Source: Iphione sp. A-MEVVRFRX5
Lineage: Eukaryota
Length of the DNA stretch: 64,000 nt
Reading direction: 5' to 3'
Assembly: GCA_976226885.1 (NCBI GenBank)
Contig: OZ320313.1
Location: 79,546,001-79,610,000 of the forward strand
The translations under genes and the position numbers were made by a program. The notes below the pieces were generated by a model. It did not search any database, was not told the DNA's origin, and saw only the letters and a list, made by a program, of their open reading frames with translations. The stretch's first letter is position 1. Every line of letters starts with the position of its first letter. Positions 48,980 through 61,412 of this stretch are shown piece after piece.

Positions 48980-49111
48980 CGCTGAACGCTGAAGTAGCGG
49001 GTAGCGCGGACGTAATTTTTGCGAATTATTAATCAAATTGCTGAAATTTGCAACGATGTCGCAATTTCGTAAGAATTACATCCGAACTACCCGTTACTTC
49101 AACGCTCAGCG
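48980..49111. repeat. Imperfect inverted repeat (about 38-46-bp arms), decayed foldback/MITE-like
   Basis: cgctgaacgctgaagtagcgggtagcgcggacgtaatt versus aattacatccgaactacccgttacttcaacgctcagcg: 32/38 complementary. Confidence 0.8.
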
Positions 49112-52100
49112 AACCGTCAATTAGACTCGCATGTCTCATGAACTTAGGTTATTGATTTATTATTGAATGACTGTAGGTATTTTTGAAATGCGTATTGTTT
49201 CCTTTCTCCCAAGTACAACTCCCTTGTCATCTCAAGAACTTCTATTTACATTGTAAAATTCTGTGATTATGTACTTGTAAAGCATATTACTCTTCTCTCT
49301 TATATACATTCGTTTATACATATATATATAAACTTGATCCTCTCTATTGAATTTCACCTCTTTCTGTTCACTTGAAAATCTCTCCGTACCTTACAAGGAG
49401 AAGTGAATAGAAATTTCTCACATCTTCTATCTCAATTATTCTAAATAAACCAATGTATAAAGCGAAGATCGGGAATCTCGCGGGCAAAAAAAATCATTCA
49501 ATTAAACCATCAAGATATAAAAAAAAAACCAAGCATTTCCATTTGAGAAAAAAATACATTAAAAATGGGCGAGTTATGCCCTGCAGATACGATAGACACT
49601 GAAGAACTGTCGGTCTGAAGACTGTAAATTGTCCGTCCTAAGCGGACAGTGCCTCATCGAATATGGGACCGTGGGAGGCTGCGAATCAAGGCGGTCTGTG
49701 GGAAGTCACAATTATCAGAGTAGCAGTTCCCGACTCCTAGGAGCAACGCAATTACCGGGCGGGATCTTCGGGGAAATAGACCGAGTGCTACGTGTTAAAG
49801 AGACACGCTTCATGTGTGAAGAAGACATTTGGATGCAATCGACAGGGGTGTTCTGATACTGGATAAGGCATATTGGCAAAGGAAATATATCTTTTCAAGG
49901 TCAAAGTAAAGGCTGTAATTTCGGAATAGTTTCATTGTTGTAAATTATGTTCCCCGCCTCTAAACGATGATAGACACGGGGTCCTTAGATTTTTTTAACA
50001 CAAAATTGTGAAGTTCTTGACGGTACGTAGGATGAGAAGTGGGACGCATTAAGACTCGGCAAAGAGGTAATCCGTATCAATTATACATTCATCTCAACCA
50101 CGACGGTCACGTTGATGCGTTGTTATACTAAACCTGTTAAAAATAAGGCGCAGGATTACGGCCTTAGAGCTCAGCGGTGAAAAGATTCCCCGCAATTGTT
50201 TTATTGACGATTGCTGTAGTCCACGTCCTACGCAAACAGAAGAAAAACAAATAGAGAAATCTATCGGGGAAACCTGTTCACCCGAGGTACGCGTCGCTGC
50301 AAATACGAGCAAACCCACCGCTGAGCATGAATGTCTTAGTGCGGACGCGTCAGAGAAACTCCTATCCCTGCAGTGATATTGAGAAGACACATACATACAT
50401 CTCCTAGATCATACAGTAAGTCTCTACGAGAACGCACGAGGGGATTTGAAAATGGAATTGAAGCAGTGGCGTTTCCAATCAAGTGAAACAATTTAGGAAG
50501 TCTTTCACAGCGCGTTGGTGCTGTAGCTGGAATGGTACTGCTCAAATGAAACAAACGGGAGTTGAAGCTGTCTCCATGCACAGTGGTTTGAAGAGCGTCA
50601 GAATCTTTGGAGTTCAGACGAATGAAAGACATCACACGCACTAGGACAGTCCGTAATCTGCGGGTTCCCATTTGGCAGCAAATGTACTCGTGAAGGCGCG
50701 GCAGGAGAGGGGAATGGCATCTTTAGTTTGAATAGTACACGTGCTTCTGATCCGCGATGATGAGTGTCTCTTCATTCACACAGTTTACCCCTTTTTCGCT
50801 GGAAGCAAAGGGATTTCTCCCTCGCCGATATGGTAAACTCAAACCAGTAAAGAAAGTCCACATGAAACATCACACATGTGCATGTATTTACAAAAGAGAA
50901 GGAAAAATCGATTGCGATGATCACGGAAGCATATGATTCCCCTAAGCAAACAAAAGAGGCAGACCTGTGATAAGGCTTGGCGAGTAGCTCACTACCATAA
51001 AGAGCTGCGGCCTCCTTCTATAGCATAGACATTACATCCTACCTTTTAACACAATGCACCTATATCGTTTCTTTACTTTCCTTACCCATTTTTAACCATT
51101 ATTTGTTACCTAATCTGCCTTTCACTTCAGCACCCTCCATTTTATTTAATTAACCCATGATTAGATACCTTATCTGAACTCTTCAGCTTTTAGGATTATT
51201 ATCCATGTACCTATGCGTTCGTATTGTCTGCCAATCAGGGCATAGAAGTACATGTAGGAGGACTACAGATGGCAGTGGAATGCACAGGAAAGTTGTACTT
51301 CTACGCTAAACAAGGATTCATATACCTTGGAAAATCTGACGTGAAAAATGGATCTGTGTTTTGTAAAGATGTAGATCTACATGGAAATGATTAACTTGAT
51401 AACAATAGTTGCTTAAAAAAACCCACGGAAACACGGGCATAAAAGATGAATTAGAAACAGGAGTACGTGGAAATTCAGCCTAAATCTTCCTCTGCTCCTT
51501 TTTTATGTTCAGTTCTCCGTCTTTTAAGCCCTCCATCACTTCTTAAAAAGCTTTCTCGCGTTTTGTCACGATTCCTCCTAATCCTAACTCTGATTAAAAC
51601 TTCTCGTGTTCAGTTTAAAAACCAGTATGAACCTCTAAATACATCGTGTGCTTCTGCACTCAATACACCTCTTTGTTTCCAGTGTAAATCCCTCGATATC
51701 TGAAATCCTTATGATGAGACCGACTCGTCCGTATAGGCCGCTTTCACTAACTGTTGCAATTTGTTCCTTTTTTTAGGTTTCATCAATTCTGGTCGGCTCT
51801 GCTCGGCAGGGTCTCTGTTCTGACGGTACATGATGTCCCATTGTTTAGCAGCAAATACAGTTAGCACGAGGATTATAAAAACACGTCGGATAGTCCTACA
51901 GAATGATCCCGTATGAAATGATATGTTAATCTGTCACAAAATGAAAAGGATACTCTCATAAACGTGGATGCTTGTCATGTAAAGTTTAGAATGGATTATG
52001 TTATATAGCATGTGCACACCGTGCACCTAGGCCTACATATAAATGGATTCATAAATGTACATATACCCTTTCGACATGTATACTTTCTGAGAGTTCATTC

Positions 52101-52199
52101 GATGGGAGTATAGAGAAAGGGGGAAAATCGATGAATCTTCTAGGTACACAATACATGTAATTTAATAATTCAGAATCTATAGATACATAAGAGGCAAGC

Positions 52200-52701
52200 A
52201 CAACACGTGGAGGAGGGCGGATGGCTTGGGGGGGGGGGAGACCCCTGCGCCGGGCAGCAGCTGATGCTGCGAATCATGTCGCTTCGTGTGACTGGCTGCG
52301 GAGAGTCACGTGGTACTAAGGCTCGCCCAGTGCCGTGTGCTGCGTGTGTCGTGGCCGCTGGCGCTCGCCAAGTTGTGGTGGCGGCGGCGGCGGCACCGCA
52401 TTACGGAGCACGTCGGATTCGGCGCCGGACGGACAGGCGTGCCATGCGAGTATACCGAGTCCGGCGTGCAGCCTTGCCGCCGCTGTAGGGGCAGCCACGC
52501 CCCTGGTCTCGACGGATGCAGAAGGCTTTATATGCAGCGGTGGTGACGAAGTAGCGCCCGAATAGAGCACCACGTGGAGACTGAGGCAGAGGCGAGTAGC
52601 GCAGGCACGCAAACAAGACAGGGTCGCCGTGACAGTGTCAGACCGCCAGTCTCTTGGAAACGCGACTTGGCCGATGGATCGACATCAGCATCGCCATCGA
52701 G

Positions 52702-52733
<32 letters not shown>

Positions 52734-52800
52734 TAACAGAAGAGGTGGGTGTCGGCTCAGAATACGGCGGGGGTGGGAGGGCGCTTCGGACAAGCATCTG
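52200..52800. promoter_or_regulatory. CpG/GC-rich island, candidate promoter or first non-coding exon of the GPCR
   Basis: Sharp rise in GC/CpG, two CACGTG E-boxes (about 52306 and 52570), TGACG half-CRE (about 52545), donor-like GAG|GTGGGT at 52744/52745; matching acceptor TCCTCCTGTATCCCAG| at 58192 just upstream of the GPCR ATG. Confidence 0.45.
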
Positions 52801-53674
52801 AGGCTACAGATAGTAAAAGCTTCAATACTTGAAGGTAAGGGTCAACAGACGGGAAGGGCTAGCTACAGTGTGCATCGAGTATTTGACCTCAGCAGAGACA
52901 ACTCAATCAAATATAACAGCCGAACTTAATATTTCTGAGACGAAAGACTTAAAGACCGGCAATTTTCACTGCTTCCCATGGCAGCGGCAGCTGGTGTCAG
53001 AAACGTGGGTCCAGTTTTTGAGCATAACCAGTTCAATGAAAGCCTCTATTGACACGCCGATGAACACAAAATGCCCTCGGCAACCAAGCACAATACATCA
53101 CCTTCTCCAATATTACTTGGTCCTAATAGATTAGCTAGCGGGTGGCATACAAATGCAAAATAGTGCAGTGTAAGATTAGTTTCATTCCACGTCAGCGTCC
53201 TGGTATTGACCCGCCCCCCATCTCGCAGTGTGTGCTGCGCGCTGTATGTGCCTGGGTAGGTATTGTACTTTCAATTTGCACCTGTCGAAGAAGCTATTGT
53301 ACGTTCCTGCTAGGTTAAGCGGTTACTGTACCTTTTGTGACAACGGTAGTGGAGTCTTTTAATGAGAATAAAGGTCATGCAAACGCCCTGGTGGGAACAA
53401 CGAGAGTGCTGACCAAAGTAATGATTTCGATGAAAATAAACGTAGATAAGTCAGAGAAACAGATTCACCAAAACATGTACAATGGACGCAGTTGGGCAGG
53501 GCAGGCGGACGAACTGGAAGCGGCTTTTTTTTTTTTTTTTCGCGAAAAAGCACGGAGCAGAAGAAAAGGCCGAGAAGACGATGATTCTGGTTGACAGCTT
53601 GGAAAGTATCCATGCCAAAATTCTTACCAGACCATGGACTACGAAACTGCTGCTCTGCGTTCTACAGCGCCTTT

Positions 53675-53681
53675 GTATGTA

Positions 53682-53743
<62 letters not shown>

Positions 53744-53749
53744 TGTGCG
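53675..53749. repeat. Compound microsatellite (GTAT)n(GT)n(GCGT)n
   Basis: Direct reading. Confidence 0.95.
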
Positions 53750-56700
53750 CCTGCGCGCGTCTTGAACGTACGTGAATGTCCGTGGAATCGCCGTTAGCAG
53801 ATTTATGCGAGTACGTGTGCAATGGAACCTTCAAGGGCGATGCAAAATTTCGCACGATCGAAAAAAAAAACTATCCGAGAGGCCTCTCGTGGTCTGATAA
53901 AACATTTCTTGTAGAAGAGGTGAGCTCCCTAGTCTAATTAACGTCTCTCTCATCAACGTCATTTTCATTGACGATAGCATAGTAAGAGGCCTACTGGGAT
54001 GTGGTGAGTCATACATTTCCTGGCCTTCTCACCTGTTCTATTCGAGAGTTGCAGTGTTCCCCGAGTGGATGGAATTCTATGAGGTACCTGTGTGCCTCTA
54101 TGTGGCACTTCGTGTGTATGGTAGGCAACTGCTGGTCGAGTTTTCACTGTGCGGGGCAGCTTGTGCGGTGAGAAATGTTGCCGTGATGAGGAAATGTTCC
54201 GCTTCTTGTAGAATGGTTGGCTGTACAACATCTGGCAATATTTCTGCTAGTGCGTAGACATCTGTTATACAACTTTTCCACTGCTTACATGAATAGTTAC
54301 ATGTTCCTTTCCTGACAGGATCTGCTTTCTAAATTTTTCAATATTTTCGTCTCTAGACTGATGTACTTATATACCATATATATTCGTACATATATGCAGA
54401 AAAAGGTTTTGCGCTTAAAAAAAATCATGAACAAAAATATTTAAGATAAAACACAAGAAAATACGATGAGTTAACCGTAGTGGTCAAAGTTCACGTTGTT
54501 GTGTTTCTCTTCTATGGCAGGAAGAGAGTCTATCTTGATTAGTTTCCAATCCATATATCCAGTAACTGCTACGCTCACCTGACTGGCATCGGAGCACAGT
54601 TCCCATTAACAGACGTTATTGCTTTTGCGAAAAAGGTTGAGAGAAAGACTACAAGGAGCACCGTGAGAAGGTCACTAGGTGGGGGTCACGGCATTCACAT
54701 CACCAGACAAAAGCTTGTTTTCTGCATAAAGCTTTGTCTACACAAAAAGCCTCTACTAACGTTAGGTCCTTAGTACATGCGTTGCCTTTTTATGCACTCG
54801 GACCACACCGAACAACGTATACAGAAGAAAGGTCGCTGTAGAGGCTGGGTTTTCACACGTGAAAGCATTTTGATCATCAAAGTCGCCTAAGTGCCGATCA
54901 CTGTTCAGAAATGTCTTTGAAACCTTGAGAAAAAGCACCCAGACATTTAATACGGCCGACGCAGAAGCGCAGAAGCGGGACACATTTGTCAACAGGTTTG
55001 AACAGTTAGCGTGAATTATGCTCATCTTCACAGACCTACACCAGTGGCCGGCGTCAGACTCTATAGCTTCCCTCAGCCTCCTGTCCTTGTTATTGTGTGC
55101 AGCTGTTTTGGATGAGACCACCTGGGCTCTACGGACCACCTGGTCAAAACAATACTGTCCCCTGCATCCTCTGGAGGAGTGCAGACGACGCTGACATGCA
55201 CAACACCGACGTTACAATGCACACGACATGTACACATAAATCTAATCAAGATGATGGGTGTATGGAGTGTATATATATATCTCTGTGGCAGTGTGCCAAT
55301 AACTGCAAATAATCCTACATGAAAGGAGGAGGAGAATCTAAATACACAAGTCATTCTCTTTCAATATTTTCACGACGGTGAATGACCACGCAGACAAAAT
55401 GCCATGATAAAGTTGCTGATGTAACCGGTGGTGTCACAGTCATGAACATCTGAATACATATATCTGCATGGAGAGGTAGGCACTCGGACTAACGACTCAT
55501 TGTGTTCTGACCTGAGACACATCCTCTCGCCCTTGCATCTTGGACCTGTGACAATATCACACAAGTCGGGCGCTGAAACAGTAGAGGGGAGGGCGTTTAC
55601 AGTGACTCATATATATAAGTGCGTCTGGGGTCAAGAATCTAATATACAACCCACATTTTCAGTAGTATTGTTTTCCAACTAATTTCTTTGTCCACAAGAA
55701 TATGAGGTAAGGCAATGAGTATTTATACTGGGAAACACTGATCAGTGTAGACGCCACTGGCATGGTGTTCTGGAAGTAACATAAATAGTTCGTGGGATAC
55801 TCAACACTCACAGCTGTACTTAACTCAGGCAAACTGGAAATGACGTCAAGTAGATCAAAAGAACTATTTATTTATTGTGATCGTCTATAGAAACGTCAAA
55901 GTCATCTTATCCAACCGATCACATACATAAACATTCTCATCCAGGTTTACGCTCAGTCAGCCAGGTTGCCTCGGAGCATACTAACCTGCTTGCCTGCTGG
56001 ATCAATTAAATATATATGAGATAGTGAAATGCATAAATTCAATGTGCAGCTCTGACGAATGTGCTTGATGCTACACAATGCATCTCCATGAGATCAGCAA
56101 CATAGTCACCATGGAGTGGCGGTTGTAATGTGTGGTTTGACTGTTTTATGGAGTAACAAGAATCTTGCTGCCCAATGAGAGAGTGAGGGGGTGCACGATT
56201 AAAGGTATGTGTGAGGAGCGGACAAAGATGCTAAGGAATAGACCGAAAGGCTCAGAGAATGAAGCCTAAACAATTACAACGGGTCTAGCAGTTCCTGATG
56301 ACACATAACAATGCACCCCGGTGCCATATTGTTTAAAAGGGGAGGGTAACCTGCGGCCTCATGTTTGAGAGTTCCTTCTATAAATAGACTAATCGTCTGC
56401 GTGTAGGGACGGGTAGTATTAAACTACCCCTGCCACCACTCTGTCTCTGTCTCTGTCTGTATCTGTATGTCTGTCTCTCTGTCTCTCTCTGTTTTCCTAC
56501 CATCCCCCCCAGGTCCATAATATCAGTAATCGTCCTGTTGCTTCAGGACAGGTAAAATTCACGTGGCAACTCAGAAGCCAACATGTACACTCTACTGCCA
56601 TACATGTCACACGTGCATAAACAGGTTGACTGGTACAGTAAAGATTCCCTTACTACCAGCAGTCTCAGAAGGCTATCACAACTCAGTAATCCAAATGCCA

Positions 56701-58243
56701 CAAGATAAATTACCAGATAGATCCATATGTGTAAATATCTCCTTTCTCTGTTTACTTGGTACATGTACTTGCAAAAGAATCTACGAAAGGGAACATATTA
56801 TAGAGAGAATAAGTTTGCAAGGGCAATAAGGGTCAGACAGCAGTAATCCTAAGTTTCTCTACCTAAAGTATGAGACAATAAAAGGAAACATGTATGCTTG
56901 CACACTCGCAAAAATACATACGTACGCACGCACGTACGTACACGTGTATGATAGAGTATCAGTTTTGTTTTGGATGCTGGAGTGCGACTCACCAACAGTA
57001 CGTTATGTTAGCGACCCTTTTTATGGCTGGCCGGGAAGTATCCTCTTGGTAAACTTTGGTGCTTTAACCGACATTATAAAAGAGTCGTATTTATCGGCGG
57101 AGAAGCTTCGCCTGTCTTCAATATAGAGGGGTAATCTAGGGCAGCCACACTTCGTGTAGCCTGCGCTAAACTACTAGGTGGGGTAGGTGCGAGTGCGGAA
57201 GGTTAACTATAAACAGTCGCACACGGGCGCCATTGCTGTTAGCCTTAAAGGGCAGAGGTGTGTTCTGGTGACAGCCGACATTGACCATGTCCTACTCGAC
57301 ACCACAGGCAGAGCGCTGGAGCTTGTCATTAACTGGGGGCCATTCCTGATACAGAAGACCCGCGTTCCGTGGCGCGAGACAGAGCATGCGATCTGTTCAT
57401 TTGTTCCTGGGTATAAAACGTGAGAGCCAGACAGCTGATCATCAGATAGATGGCATAAGAAAAGTATCTCTTCAGAAGGGCAGCTAATGAAAATCGTAAT
57501 CTTCACTGTAAAAAGAACGATACCTTCTAAAAGGCGGGGCTTACGGCGGCGAACTCATAGCACCATGGAGATATTATGCGAAAAAAAGTACTTCATACAA
57601 AATAATCAATATGGTATTCATCTTCCACCTAGACGCACCCTCTGTGCTTCCTCCTGGCAGCACCATATGTTATTTTCAGTAATTATTCTGATGTCGATGT
57701 GACGTGTTCAGGGGGGTCTTTACCACACTGAACGTTAACATTTACTGGAAGCGCATTGCCTACTTTTGATGTGTATTTGTGTTTTGTGTTTTGTTTTTTT
57801 AATTCTAGGAGTTCCTGCGCTCCTCACCACGTCAGACGTTCCCTGAACACGAGTCCTGTCGGTGCGAGGCTGCAGCAAGCACATTAACTCACCAACTCGA
57901 ACCGACGCCAGCATTTGCCGGAGCTGCATTCCCCAAGACCCTACACGAACAACGCTACAAGGGATTATTTTTCCACCCGGGTGATATGTATCCTTAGGTT
58001 AAGAAGTTAGATACAGTTCTATGCCTTTGCTTCCACAACTTCCTCGAATCCATTTTACTGGATGCCTGCTGCATCGATAATATACGTTTGACTCCAGCCT
58101 CTCTTACCTGTCAGGATTATGCATGACATACTCTGTGTTAACCTTTCCCGCTGGCATTGTCTAGAAGGGACTAAAATCCTCCTGTATCCCAGTCTGCGAC
58201 TGGTCTATTGAGGACGTGTTGTTTGGTAAAGTATAGTAGCATC

Positions 58244-59548
58244 ATGGCGGGTCTGAGTGCAACTACTGCCCTCAACCTGTCGGCCACCACCTTACTAGCT
58301 CTGGGTCAGACCGACCCGCAAGTGACGGCCGCCACGCTGGCCGGCCTCTTCAATCTGACTCTAGAGCCGACGATGACACATGTCGACGATGACCTGACCT
58401 CCACCTGGTCGACGTTATCGGCGCCGCCCCCGTCAACCATGGCGTCATCAACGGTGCGGCCGACCAAGGGAAGAGGAGGGGGTCACCCTATGGTGCGCAC
58501 ACAACAGGTGCAGTCCCGCTCGCGCTCGCCGCCCTCGTCGGCGTCGTCGATGCGCGCCTCGGTGGACGCGTGGTCGGTGCCGCCGCAGGACATGATCCCC
58601 GACCAGGCGTGGCTGGCTTTCCAGGTGGTGCACACAATGCTCACCATCATGGCACTGGCTGTGAACTGCACATCGCTAGGTGTCATCTATGGCGTGGTGG
58701 TGCGCCTGACGCCGCCCCTACAACTTCTCACCAGCCTGGCCTTTGCCGACATGCTGGCACCCTGGGCCATCATGACAATGTACTTTCCCAGCAGCGCCTG
58801 CCAGGACGAGATCCACACGGCGCTGCTGATCACCAGCCATAACGCAGCTGCACTCACCCTGCTGGCCCTCGCCTTTGTGCACAACATCGCCACCTTCCGG
58901 CCACTCAACTACGACCGCATCGTTACGCAGCGCCGCCTCTGGATCACCATCAACGTCATCTGGATCTGCGCCATCGTCGCCGCCCACGTGCACTTCCTCG
59001 CCGTGCTCACGCAGCATGACCCGCGCCTGCCCTTCTGTATTCAGGTGCTGCACAACACCAAGCTGGCGCTGACGCTCTCCGCCTCGCTGCTCGCCGCCAC
59101 CGTCGTCGTCTCCGCCCTCCTCTACGCGCGTATCTTGCTCCACCTGCGGCCGGTTGGCATCTTTGCCGCCGCTTCGGCCGGAGCCGACGAGCGGGTGGCC
59201 CCGCGCAAGTCGACGCGTGGCGTGGTGACGGGCGTCATCCTGGCCACCGTCTTCACGCTCACCTGGCTGCCCTACCTGGTGCTCAAGTTCGTCAACGTGC
59301 GCGACGGCTACATCCGCCACCCGGGCGTGCTGGTCGGCCTCAACGTGTGCCAGGTGCTCGTCCTGCTCGCCAACGTGGCCGACCCACTCGTCTACGGTCT
59401 GCGCATGAGTGCCATGCAGAGTGGCTACCTGACGCTCTACCACAAGGTGCGCGGAGGCTGCATCCTCACCTGGCGCCGATGTACGAGCCGCGCCCGCAGC
59501 GACGAGATGCCCTCGACCCCTCTCAACCCCATCGAGTCTATTTGTTAA
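58244..59548 (+). CDS. Class A (rhodopsin-like) GPCR, intronless CDS, 434 aa; melanocortin/ACTH-receptor-like invertebrate orphan type (tentative)
   Basis: Seven hydrophobic segments; N1.50 (AVNC), LAFAD (D2.50), IATFRPLNY after TM3, W4.50, TWLPY (TM6), NVADPLVY (DPxxY). S/T-rich N-terminus with N-glycosylation sequons NLS and NLT; good Kozak context atcATGG. Subfamily assignment is from memory of motif style only. Confidence 0.92.
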   Translation: MAGLSATTALNLSATTLLALGQTDPQVTAATLAGLFNLTLEPTMTHVDDDLTSTWSTLSAPPPSTMASSTVRPTKGRGGGHPMVRTQQVQSRSRSPPSSASSMRASVDAWSVPPQDMIPDQAWLAFQVVHTMLTIMALAVNCTSLGVIYGVVVRLTPPLQLLTSLAFADMLAPWAIMTMYFPSSACQDEIHTALLITSHNAAALTLLALAFVHNIATFRPLNYDRIVTQRRLWITINVIWICAIVAAHVHFLAVLTQHDPRLPFCIQVLHNTKLALTLSASLLAATVVVSALLYARILLHLRPVGIFAAASAGADERVAPRKSTRGVVTGVILATVFTLTWLPYLVLKFVNVRDGYIRHPGVLVGLNVCQVLVLLANVADPLVYGLRMSAMQSGYLTLYHKVRGGCILTWRRCTSRARSDEMPSTPLNPIESIC

Positions 59549-61264
59549 ACTCTGCAATGGTCGATATTATGTTTGGCACAACGCCGTGGCCGTAGAACAG
59601 TTTGTGTATTACGTCTCTACAAGTTGAACTCGCAAGATGGGTATCATCTCTGGGGAGTGATTTCTCTTGAGATGGGCTGGGCACAGAACAACGGATTAAA
59701 GGACCTCAAAGCCGGTGGCAAGGCAAGCCTTGTGATCGTAACGTGTTGTAGCAGAAGGAATACGGACGAATTTCAGTCATAAGCTTGCATACTGCATGTA
59801 ACATGCTTCAGCCGAACTTTTTCTGACTGGGATACCTTTTATACAATTGATTTCTTCGTGTAGATGACAAACTTTATATCCTTCTGCTTTATGTTGCTGT
59901 ATAATGCACTAATGCGGGATTCTATCATGCACGGTAATTTATGTTCACTAAATGTAACGGGATTGTGTGTGCAAATTTGACTTGGTGCGTAATGTACACA
60001 CAGAAACGTAAAATTCTAACTCTCTCATTCTTCTCCTGTCATGTATACTTACGATTCTGAGTGACCTTTCATCGATGAAAATACCGAAACCCAAGATTTC
60101 AAATCAAGCAAAATAAAACAACTGCGAATACTATGAATGATTCCTTGCAGTCATGACATTTACAAAGCAGTGTACCTCCCCAAGACAGAAACAAGGAGAT
60201 CGAGACGAAAGACGTGACAAATTTGAAGTCTGGATCATTACCGCTAACTGTGTCGTAGCCAAAATAAATCTGCGGGAACAGGGGTGTATAGGCGACTGGG
60301 GCAAGCATTAACCGGTAAGGGATCATGTAAAGGTTAACTATAAGCACCACGTGTTTCTAAACTTCTGCCGTATGTTTCAAGCAGGGTTATCATTAGTGAA
60401 TGTTTCTTCACAAAGTTATTCACGCATGCAAGACAGGTCTCGTGTTACGTGGCGATATGTTTTGGCCAACACAAGTGATGTTTTAAATGCTCAACAAGTT
60501 ATCTTTTTTCTCTGTTACTGATTCGGCGTTTTTCTTCTGTCAATGCGCTTGTAAGAATCTATTTAAGACTGTATTTACATTTTCAACGGGCAGACATGCA
60601 ATATACTTTCATGTGATACAAATGTAAAGGACCACCTTGTTCAATGCGTTAAATAAAAATGGCTGCTATGAAGTAAAATAGAACTACACGAGTATTGGCT
60701 CCTGCAATGTTTGAGTGAAGTTAAACGTACGAGTCCTGATTTTTTTTCCGCTTTCGTCTGGCAACTCTATAATAACTGATATTTTAGAATCAATGAAAGA
60801 CTGGAAAGGACGGGGCAACAGTTCGAGGAGAGGCCTGCTTGGCAGTAAGGGATGCTGGACACAATGTACCAGTAACTACCAGTAGTTTGTCCTAATATCA
60901 AATGACGTGCCAAGATACTATTCTCAAATAGCACTGTGCACCATTCCCTGCACCAGACTGTATATGAGAGAGGATAGATGTGAGATAGTACCAATGGCCA
61001 TCGTATTTGACATCAATATTTAGTTAATTCTGAACTTAGACTGATCGCACCGATCCCAAGGTAGAGTCCAAAATATCAATAAAAATATTTATATGGGGGC
61101 AAAGACTGATAGATAGAGTGGGACGTGCCAATCTCTAAACGGGTGCAGTATCACCTGCCTTTACAGGTGTATACCAGCTACATCTTAAATGGTGCGGGAA
61201 AAGACAGCAGACTTATGTCTGGCTAAGTGACAACCTGAGGGCGGAGAAATGATTAGTGCCTCAC

Positions 61265-61412
61265 CTTTTGAGATTGTAGATGATGATTCTTGTCCCCGTT
61301 CCTGATTGGATGGCATTGAACTCTTTGGTAAGGTCATCCTCAGTATGGAAGAGTGAGTATTTCAGGATGGCTTCTAGACTCCCTTTCGTGTCAGGGGCTT
61401 CCACGAGCTCCA
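61265..61412 (-). CDS. MORC3: MORC3/4-like GHKL ATPase exon (SLEAILKYSLF...GTGTRIIIYNLK)
   Basis: Matches MORC3 SLAAILEHSLF...GTRIIIWNLR. 148 bp, phase 1 to 2, donor AAG|GTGAGG; AG+A gives Arg across the 41.6-kb intron to 19646. Confidence 0.93.

Noticed and set aside
50336-50671. ORF with a faint resemblance to Crypton or hAT C-terminal motifs (IPATAPTRCER)
   Set aside because: No catalytic motif set; the similarity is within chance.
57860-57913. tRNA/SINE-like sequence on the minus strand (GGGGAATGCAGCTC...GGTTCGAG)
   Set aside because: A/B box spacing and cloverleaf do not work.
58718-59557. 279-aa antisense ORF over the GPCR, and similar antisense ORFs over the MORC last exon and the Ngaro ORFs
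   Set aside because: Shadow frames expected from GC-rich codon usage; no recognisable motifs.
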